Positions 1-8,730 of a stretch of DNA of 18,351 bases are shown here, in pieces. Both the position numbers and the translations under genes were made by a program. Origin of the DNA: Zygophlyctis sp. KS116. Taxonomy: Eukaryota > Fungi > Chytridiomycota. Numbering within the stretch: position 1 is the first letter of the stretch; each line of letters begins with the position of its first letter. The DNA lies in contig BAAFSQ010000197.1 of the NCBI GenBank assembly GCA_054661495.1, forward strand, positions 1 to 18,351, written 5' to 3'. The notes below the pieces were generated by a model that ran no database searches, had not been told where the DNA came from, and worked only from the letters and a program-made list of their open reading frames with translations.

Positions 1-71
1 CTGAAATCACTTCAGAAGTGAAAGATTCTACAAACTCTTATTTGTGGAACAGCATCTACCTGCAATCATAA
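1..71 (+). CDS. 3' end of a tandem paralog of the secreted LRR/Cys-rich protein gene (partial, truncated by the window edge)
   Basis: The frame starting at 3 reads EITSEVKDSTNSYLWNSIYLQS* (TAA 69-71). This aligns without gaps to the C-terminus of the 439-1906 product, PIESGLLDSADFYLWKNSKLQG*. Both stops are followed by homologous 3' flanks. Confidence 0.8.
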   Translation, partial: EITSEVKDSTNSYLWNSIYLQS

Positions 72-92
72 GCCCTTCGGGCAGATCATATA

Positions 93-229
93 TTGCTATT
101 GAATTTAAAACTAAAATAAAATGGTTTATGAAAAATGATCTTGAAGAGCATACGCCATTCGATCATCCTAATTTGTATAGAAGATGATTCAGATAAACAT
201 AATAAATGGTATTTGAACAATTTTATTAT
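93..229 (+). repeat. 137-bp direct repeat, copy 1 (3' flank of the upstream LRR paralog)
   Basis: Matches 2012-2148 with 6 mismatches and no gaps. A further 23-bp match (68-90 vs 1903-1925, 2 mismatches) spans the stop codons. Confidence 0.95.
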
Positions 230-438
230 AGATATCCTACAAATTGTCTAGATTTATTCAAACATATAATCTGTATTATGTAAAATGTTACGAGCACTAC
301 CTTTCAAAAACCGCATGAGATAAATCAGACAGCGATCGATCATAACGGGAACAATGGATTTATGAGTAATTTCATCGTTCTTGACGCCACTTGATCCAAG
401 AGAACAATGCGCTAACATGTCATTCAAAAAATTAAACA

Positions 439-1906
439 ATGATTTCTTCATCTCTCAAGAACTCTATCCTAGCATTAACTCTCTCTGCATTGATCACAGG
501 GACTGATGCAGCGGATTCATGCAATACAAGTTCCCCACAATGTTGCTGGGTTGTCCGATCATGGCAATTGATGGGGAAAAGCACAAAAGTCTCCTCTACT
601 AGTGCCACTGCTTGTTGTTCAATGGCTGGTGTGACTTGTGATTCTACAAACAAAGTTACCGCCATTAAGTGGATTCGTAAAAAACTTAAAGGAGGACTTC
701 CTTCTACACTTCGAAATTTGTTAAACTTGAAAACTCTGTAATATTATTTAAATTAATCATAGTGATCTCGAAAACAATAAACTGTCTGGGAGTCTTCCTA
801 CATGGATTGGAGAACTCATCAACCTGAAAACACTGTAATATAAATATCCTAAAATTCCAAGTATTGTTACCGATAATTCACTGAATAATGTAATTCCAAC
901 GTCAATCGGACAGTTGAAAAACTTGGTTTATCTGTAATTATTGTAATGATTAAATGCCAAGTCGCTTAAGTTTGAATTCATTCTCAGGACCATTACCTTC
1001 ATCGATTGGAAATTTGACAAACTTGAAAGAATTGTAAAAAGAATTTAATACTGATATATATAGCTGGCTTGGAACAAATCAAGTATCTGGACCAATTCCA
1101 AACACCATTCTGAACTTGGCTAACCTTGATACACTGTGATTTTCTTGATCTAATTTTTAGTAGTTTAAGATACAATAAATTTAGCGGAAATGTACCGAAA
1201 CAATTAGGAAATCTTCTAAATCTAAAACATCTGTACTTCAAGTTAAAATATAACCTTTAGATATTTAAATGATAATCCAAATCTAGGTAGTTATTTGTCG
1301 GTAAAGTGTGGCCTGGACTTGTAAGAATATTTATAACTTACAAATCATAGAGAATTTCAAGGCACTAAAATAAACGTTTGTGGCTGTCCTAGTAAAACGC
1401 CTGCTTATCGGTTTCCAAATCCAGCCCCTCCAATTGAATGTCTTGGGAATTCCGGCCAAAGTAATTCTACTATTAGAAAAAGAACGTTTACTTATTCAAC
1501 GTCAACAACAACCTACAGTTTTACATGCAACAAGGATGCTTCAGGAAACCCATATCAGGATTGCATAAATCTTATCACTTTCTTCTGTAACCCAAACCGT
1601 AAGCCAGAAGAAGGACCATTTGATAAAGATAAATGCAAACAAGCCGTTGACTCTGTTTTCAATATGCTGAATATCGTGTGGAGAAATTATCGTGTATCTT
1701 GTGGAAATGGCTTGTGGCAGTTTACTACTAGTCAAACCATTACTTGGCCACCAGTGGTATGCTCTTCAGCCGCTGTCAATTTGAAAACAAAAACTATTTT
1801 CTATATTCTGAATGAATTCTTGTCCTGGAAAGCAGTGCCTATTGAATCTGGTTTATTGGATTCTGCAGATTTCTATTTATGGAAAAATTCAAAACTGCAA
1901 GGATAA
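439..1906 (+). CDS. Secreted plant-type LRR protein with a Cys-rich N-cap and a C-terminal Cys-rich domain, ~424 aa, 8 exons
   Basis: There is a hydrophobic signal peptide (MISSSLKNSILALTLSALITGTDA) and an N-cap CCSMAGVTC. GT-AG introns at 738-762, 835-861, 934-961, 1034-1063, 1136-1160, 1233-1260 and 1321-1350 give a 1275-nt open frame. Repeats such as LDLENNKLSGSLPTWIGELINLKT and LRLSLNSFSGPLPSSIGNLTNLKE fit LxLxxNxLSGxIPxxLGxLxxLxx. The last exon joins ORF 1664-1906. No transmembrane segment is apparent. Confidence 0.9.
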
Positions 1907-1925
1907 GCCATTCGGACAGATCATA

Positions 1926-2011
1926 AACCAATACTAAAAAACTCTGAAAAACAACAAAAAAACTAAAAAACTCTGAAAAAACTAAAAAAAATGAATGAAG
2001 TAGCAAGAATC
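1926..2011 (+). repeat. A-rich insertion with an internal repeat (ACTAAAAAACTCTGAAAAA x2 plus a partial copy)
   Basis: Units lie at 1933-1951 and 1962-1980, with a partial at 1981-1990. The segment is absent from the paralogous flank, where only 2 nt (91-92) separate the matching blocks. Confidence 0.8.
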
Positions 2012-2148
2012 TTGCTATTGAATTTAAAACTAAAATAAAATGGTTTATGAAAAAGGATCTTGAAGAGCACACGCCATTCGATCATCCTAATCTTTATAGA
2101 ACATGATTCAGATAAACACAATAAATGGTATTTGAACAATTTTATTAT
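2012..2148 (+). repeat. 137-bp direct repeat, copy 2 (3' flank of the LRR gene)
   Basis: 131/137 identical to 93-229, at an offset of 1919 bp. Confidence 0.95.
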
Positions 2149-2224
2149 CGAAAAGTATCCCTTAGATAATTAATGAAATCTGGGCTAAAATGCTATCGAT
2201 TTCCTACAGATATTCTAAAATTAA

Positions 2225-4582
2225 TCAAACCAATGATCTTTTTGCATGAAGTAGCTTTTCTGACGGTTTTAATTGCAATTCTTGATTTATAACCAGAAGG
2301 CGTCTTTTAAGACCCTCGGTAGATTGCAAACGTTCCTCTAGTGTTTTAATTTCATTTTCTACACTTTCCACACGATCTTGCTGGGTACCAACACGAGTCC
2401 ATTCCCAACTCGTTCCTTTGTCGCCCTCTCCAATTTTTAACAAAAAGCTATGATATTTCAGCAAACTAGGTCTGTGGGAAATAGTAACTACGGTTATACC
2501 AGCATCTTTTGCTGCAGAGTATAATAGCGCTTCTACGTCATTACTTACTGCAGAAGTGGCCTCATCCAATATGACAAACTTGGGCTTATGGTAAAATAAT
2601 CTGGCCAATTGAATCCGCTGTTTTTCACCCCCTGAAAGTCAAATAAAAAATGAAAACCTGAAAAGACATCCTTCCATTCCTTTTTTGCATCAAATCCACC
2701 CTCACGATCGGGAATATAATCCAAAAAAACCAACTTAAGTATAGGCCACAAATCATCGTCAGATAACCCGGCTGATTCCATCTCCTTCTTAGTATGAGGG
2801 TAGATGATCTGATCCCTGAGAGTTCCAATTGAAAGGTATGGACGCTGAGGAACATATAATATAGAATTAAGAGATTCTAACGGTCTAGTAATTTCCCCGC
2901 AAAATAACGGCCAAAGTCCAGCCAATATTCTTAATATAGCTGTCTTTCCGGAACCGTTTGGACCAGTAATCATTAAATGATCACCTTTTCTAATTGAAAA
3001 ATTGAGCGATCGAACCAGAACTGAATCTCCAAATGGTGTTACAATAGGAACATTATTGAACGCAATACCTAAATTCATAAATAAGTTACAATCCGTACAA
3101 TTTTGGTCATACTTTGTAACACCTGATATTCTGTCCACCACAAATTCCTGGCCGCTGGTACTTAAAGGTTTAACAAACCGATTTTCAGCCAATTCATTCA
3201 TTACATTGATCATGTTGAATACTCGATCAGCATAACCAGCAAGTTCCGAAAGCTCTTTATAAGAGTACATAATTCTACCTCCAGCATCACTGAGGTTGAT
3301 CATCAGTCTATAGTACAATAACTCATATTCATGTCTTACCTCTTATTAGTAATAAAGCCTTGAGTCCGACTTCCAGTCTTGCGATCCATTTTCGAGACTG
3401 TATCGAGACCATTTTCTTTATCGAGCCTGGAAAGTTCAAGTTCCCGCCTTTTAGTTCTTCCTCCAGCATATTCAGGCATAAAAACAGGAATACTTGCAAT
3501 TATTAATCCTACTGCTGACCAACAATATTTGATTACAAAATCTTCCAACATATTAAAAGATATTTTAGTGCGATAAGTTTGGTTAATATGTTTGATAAGA
3601 TTAGAGTAAGTTTTGTTCAAAATTGTATTTTCTCTTTCCTCCCCATTATAAAAAGCAATCTCTTCTGAATTAGTAATTATTCGTGAATGAGCCATTCTAA
3701 ATACTCCCTTAAATTAAGATTTTTCAAATGTTTACCTCTAAACGTGCTTCTTCACTAGTCATTTTACCAAATCCAGGAGTCACAAATCTTAAAATAGTGG
3801 CTGTGACTATATAATTCAAAATTAACCCAGACATTCCTTGAACACCAATTGATCTAGCCAGCTGATAATTGAAAATTATTAAATCCAAGACAGGTTTTCC
3901 TAGATTAGAATAAAGTGTTGCCAAGGCATTACAAAACTTGTTAATATCTGTAGTGATCAACCTAGATATTAAAAAAAAGATATACTGATCAGCCCCTTCA
4001 ATTCGATTATCCAAATTGATTGCTTTGTAATATACATTTTTAGACATGTATAAGTCATGAACATAGTTTGTAAGGCTTGTTCTTAAGGCTATACTTAGTT
4101 TTGACTGCAAATATCGAATCTTTCAATTATTAAAAATCCACTTACCATACTATTGACGTATGTAGCAGGCAATGCAATTCCAAACCAGTAAACAAGACCT
4201 TTAATAAATTCATTTGCATCAGCGGCAACCAGATCCTATTTATCGAAAAACCCAAATTTACCTTTACTAATCGACCATCCAGCGTCGCAACAATCAACGA
4301 TATATAAGTCCGAAGAACCAGAAACCCCGTATGAAGCGCTAAAATACCAAATGTTTTAGATTTCCCTATTATTGATCAATTTCAAAGTGTTAAAATACAA
4401 CTCGGAATACAGATTCTCAGCAAGAACTTTAACTGCTCAAAAAACCGCTTATTAACTCCGACCTTTTTCCTACTATCAGAATTGTTAGTTTTGACTTTAG
4501 CGGTTTTAGACTGTTTATAATAAAGCATTAGTGCTGCAGATATAGCTCCAGTGGTTAGAATACCAACATTCAACTTCTTCAT
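2225..4582 (-). CDS. PXA1: Peroxisomal ABC half-transporter, ABCD family, Pxa1-like, ~710 aa
   Basis: Motifs seen: Walker [10 protein letters not shown]-loop YVPQRPY, signature FSGGEKQR (after splicing), Walker [10 protein letters not shown]-loop ISHR and the EAA-like [25 protein letters not shown] and [15 protein letters not shown] resemble Pxa1 more than Pxa2. Introns are at 4366-4398, 4236-4261, 4120-4145, 3962-3985, 3708-3735, 3308-3339, 3069-3098 (donor uncertain) and 2632-2657. The start is ATG 4582 or the in-frame ATG 4618. Confidence 0.92.
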
Positions 4583-4590
4583 TCTGTGCA

Positions 4591-4628
4591 ACGCGTATTT
4601 TTTGCGTTTTCGTGTCATTTTCGCGTCA
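4591..4628 (-). promoter_or_regulatory. Cluster of MCB/SCB/E2F-like CG motifs upstream of PXA1
   Basis: On the minus strand the tandem 11-mers are TGACGCGAAAA (4618-4628) and TGACACGAAAA (4607-4617), followed by ACGCAAAA and the palindrome ACGCGT (4591-4596). The surrounding DNA is CG-poor. Confidence 0.4.
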
Positions 4629-4695
4629 AAATGGATTATTTTATACTAAATATCCATAAAAAAGAGTTAATGCTTTATATCCACAAATAAATTTA

Positions 4696-7600
4696 TTAAT
4701 GCCATGGTCTAGTTTGTGAGAGATCTGTTGTATTTTTAAAGGATTTTGTTTTTTTAGATTGAGGATTTTCGTACATTCCGCTTGGGAATTGTTGGTTTAA
4801 ATCTATAGATTGTATGTTTTTCATCATAGGATTATTAGTCAAACAATTAAAATTTGTGGCTTCCTTTGATACTTTGGGGACTTTTGGTTGAGAATATGTT
4901 GTATTTGGTTGTGAATAGATTGACGTTTGAGAATTGAGTAGGGGCAAAGAAGAATATAATGATGGATTTGAGTATAATGATTCTAAATATTGATTTTGAT
5001 TTTCAGATTGAGAAATAAGATGGTTTGTACTATAAAATGGGGAAGATGGGATTTGAGGTGCATTTAAGTCAATCATGAACTGGTTGGTTGGCGATCCGAA
5101 ATGCGCATTTGATGGAAGATTAAAAGTATTATAATGAGACATGGGCTGTTGGGGAATTGAGGAAGATATATAGTCATATGGGAGATACCAGGAGGCTGGC
5201 ATATAAGGATCTAGTTGATATTCATTCAGATGATTCTGATTATGCTTTGAAGAGCCAGCATTTAAGATTTTGGCCGGGATTTTAGAATATTTTACTGTGG
5301 ATTTTGATCGCTTCTTATGTTTATCAGATAAAACTGGGCTAGCGGATCTTGAGCTACGTGAAGAAGAAGATCTTGATATTGGGCGACTTTTGATTGGAGA
5401 AAATAGTGGTGATTTTAGTGGAGGTAATTTCTTTGGTTTCTTTTTTTCTGTAGAAAGATACTTGTCCATGTATTTTGAAGGTTTTGTGTCTTTTACTTGT
5501 ATTTGTGAGTTTCGCTTTAATGTTGAACCTCCATCAGTCGGATTTTCAACTTTCATTCGGACTTTTTTGACATTCAGATAATCATTTTTAGTCTGAGTAG
5601 AAGCATCAAATACAAGTAAGTTAATTTTGGTGGATTCTAAATCTTGAGCTTCCAATGCAGTAAACGATGCCTGTCTTACTGCTACCCTCCTAAGGCTCTC
5701 ATCATCCGATTCAGAATTATCAGAAGGAGATATGCCAGTAAAACCTGCTTTTGGTGAGTCAGCCTTGCTAGATCCCATATCTTCATCAATAGACGAAAGA
5801 TTCTTTTGCAGTTTGACTGTATTATATTTTGGTTTTCTCTGCACAACATTCTTCTTATGAAGCCATACTTTTGCTGACTCAATCCCCTTAAAGTCACTGT
5901 AAACTCCGGGATCAAAGTGTAGTTTTTGACTAGACATTTTATATGCAATCATGTATCCTGAAGGTGAGGCGGGGCGAGATTCTGAGGCCGAATAATCATC
6001 CCTGTATTTTGAAGCTTTTGCTATATCCCCAACAGTTTTACTTGATGGCTTTTGATCTGAAAGCTTACAATCCTGATCAAATGTCTGAACTGCGCCATCA
6101 TGCTTTCGTACGGCAGTTGGAGCAGTTTGCGCACGTCTAATATGTGGAACAACGTTTGATGAACTTGATATATCTACCACGATATCAATATAATCTCAAT
6201 TACCTTGAAAAGCGGGTTTATCGATTAACTTTACATCTTGATCAATGTTTGCAAAGGTAGATACAGATTCATGATTTGTAAAAGTGTCAACAGATTTACT
6301 TAAGGAGCTTGTCAATGTTTTTGTAATAATTTTTGTCGTTCCATTTGGTTTCAAATCAAATTCTTCTAGTAAATCAAGTTGATTTTCTTCTAATCCATTG
6401 GTTTTCGGAACGATTGTATTAGTCATTGAGATGATAATCTCTCTAGATTGAGGTTTTTTCAGAATTGACTTGGGTTTTGTATTGGATGGATTTCTTTCTA
6501 GGTTATTAAGCTGTTTCTGAAGTACCCTTTTTATGTAAATCAATAGGTTCTTTAGATAAATCTGGAATCATGCGTTTAAGTGCAGAAGCATATGTGACAC
6601 CAATATCTGGATCCGCTATGGTTTTAAATCATATATCTTACTGTCTATACTATTGATAAATTTCAGCTTCTTAATTTTAGTAATATTATTTTTTTGTGCT
6701 TGAATTGTTTTCGGTTGATTCGAATTATGATCAATAGGGAGAGTCCGTTGAAGCGTCAATAGTTTGTTGTCGAACTGGATCTCTGATTTTATATGATTGT
6801 GCTCTTTTTCAGGTATATTTGATTTGTTTGATATTCCAAGCTGATCTTGATTATCAAAGCTATCTAGCATATGACTTAAACTGATAGCATTCTTCTTTGA
6901 TGTCATATCTTCATGATTATTAAAAAAAACTTACCATTAAATGCCTCATATGAATTATCTGAATCATTATGTTCAAGTGTTTGCGTGGGTTTTAATTTTA
7001 ATTGTTCTTCTGAATCCATAAGATTGAAATGCTGCTCTTTCGACGCAGAGTGATTTTTTCTGATCTTTTGAGCTGTTTTTATCTTCGAATTGTGTTTATT
7101 TGTAGTTTTGGTCCTTTCTGATGGTTCGAGATATGAATGCTCTGAATTATTCAAATGAATAGCATCATCATGTAACATATCACTACTGCCTGTTAACAGA
7201 TTGTCCTGAAGAATATGAGACACAGAGAGATTCTGCTCATTTTTTACGGCATTTTTCACTGATTTAAGTGTAGTTTCCCCGCCTAGCATATTATCTTTTT
7301 GAGAATCTAAATTCTCGTGTATTATTTCGATTGCAGTAGCATTATCTAATGTAATTGAACCATGGAAAGAAATATTATGCTCTTCTTCTTTTGGCTGGAG
7401 TGAATATGATCTCGAATGTCTTTGGGCTCTTGTGGTCGTTTTCTTTGAGTCATCCGTGTCCCCATCTTCAGCCATTAATTTCTCACAATGATCGGACTGA
7501 GATCTAGAATGTATTTTTTCTTTTTTGATGGGTTCTTGCTGTGATTTGTTCTGGTTAATATTCCTCCCTACAGCTTCTTCCATCTTTGAGTCTCCTTTTA

Positions 7601-8537
7601 GTCTGGAATACGCCGACCTTATTTCAGTTGGTTGCAATAATTCAGCACTTATGTCATTAATTAAATCTCGCTGCTGCTGAATACTAACCGATTTTCCCTT
7701 ATCGTTTTTTTGAATAGTTTTGCTTTTATTGTTGGTATTAAAATTGTTTTCAAGAGGATCATTTTGATTTTGATCTTTGAGATTATTTTTCATTACTAGT
7801 TTTTGGCGAGACTTGTACTTTTGTTGCCTTTTATCATTGATATCCTTAATTTGCTCTTTAGCTTGAGATATTTCTAAAAACTCTTTCATGGTCTCGAGAG
7901 ATTCATTTGGTTCTGTGTCTGCCGGGGTAATTAAGTCTTGATCCTCTTTCTGCTCCTGCTGTCGTGACTTGGATCTAGAGCGTCCTTGGTCTTTTTTAAC
8001 TGATTTAACCGAAAGTTTTTGTTTATCAGCCAGTGGTTCAATCACATTAACCTCTGATTTCGCTAAAAACTCTTGCATTGTTTCCAATTGCCCTAAATTA
8101 TTTCCTCTTTGTACATCATCTTCTGATTGTTGTATTAAGAATTCTTGCATTATTTCTGGTGATTCATAATTCCTTGAATCATCTTTTACTTTTATTTCCT
8201 TTTGATTTTCAGATCCAACCTGAATTTTCCCAGTCTCTATTGACACCATATTTACAATCTGTGATGATTCTAAAAGTGTAGATTCTGAAATTTCCCTTGA
8301 ATCGACTAATTTCCTTGGCATCTTTTTAGGATAAGAAACTGGAAAAGGCAATAACAATTTTGTCAATGATCTATTAATTTGTTTTTTCCCAATTGAAACC
8401 TGATCTGATTTATCTAGAGTAATATCTACAGTATTATTTATAGAGTCATTAGATATTGAAGCAATCTTGTAATCATAATCCTCATCTTTCTCCAAATCTT
8501 GTAGATATTGGAGTCTTAGAACATCCAATGGATTCAT
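4696..8537 (-). CDS. Large, hydrophilic, low-complexity (likely disordered) protein of unknown function, ~1243 aa, 5 exons
   Basis: Four long ORFs and a short unlisted exon join in frame through GT-AG introns at 6909-6934, 6616-6641, 6498-6525 and 6174-6203. The first ATG is at 8537. The product is rich in S, K, Q, N and E, with basic and SR-rich patches and no recognisable domain. Confidence 0.75.
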
Positions 8538-8617
8538 CTTGAATGACGTATTTAAATCTGTCCGAACTTTTGTCACTAGGAGGTCACTAGTATATTATAA
8601 GGGAATTACAACTCTTT

Positions 8618-8696
8618 AAAATTATAAGAAAATTATAAGAAATTATAAGAATTTTATTAGAAAATTAAAAGGAAAATTAAAAGGAAAATTATAAGA
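8618..8696. repeat. Short AT-rich tandem repeats in a divergent promoter
   Basis: About three tandem copies of AAATTATAAGA at 8618-8650, AAAATTAAAAGG x2 at 8661-8684, then another AAATTATAAGA. These lie between divergent start codons at 8537 and 8731. Confidence 0.75.
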
Positions 8697-8730
8697 TTTT
8701 AATAAAGCAAAAAAGCTTAAAATTCCTTGA

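Noticed and set aside
16-187. Alternative frame (SERFYKLL...LYRR*) as the last exon of an upstream gene
   Set aside because: The frame ending at TAA 69-71 aligns to the LRR protein C-terminus and is better supported. Only the ATG-started 128-187 part is kept, as a speculative finding.
738-1350. Roughly 100-bp periodicity read as a CRISPR-like or other DNA repeat array
   Set aside because: The period is a 72-nt LRR exon plus a 25-30-nt intron, and similarity is at the protein level only.
254-2072. Short ORFs 254-451, 432-665, 999-1241, 1380-1568, 1541-1735 and 1839-2072
   Set aside because: They are antisense or off-frame shadows of the LRR gene and its A-rich flank, with no recognisable motifs.
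93-2148. Direct repeats read as LTRs or as a target-site duplication of a mobile element
   Set aside because: There are no TG...CA ends, primer-binding site, transposase or RT. Homology extends into paralogous coding ends, so tandem gene duplication explains it.
2625-8281. ORFs 2625-2855, 3002-3235, 3379-3576, 5270-5581, 5682-5948, 5943-6140, 7969-8169 and 8078-8281
   Set aside because: They overlap better-supported minus-strand genes in antisense or in another frame.
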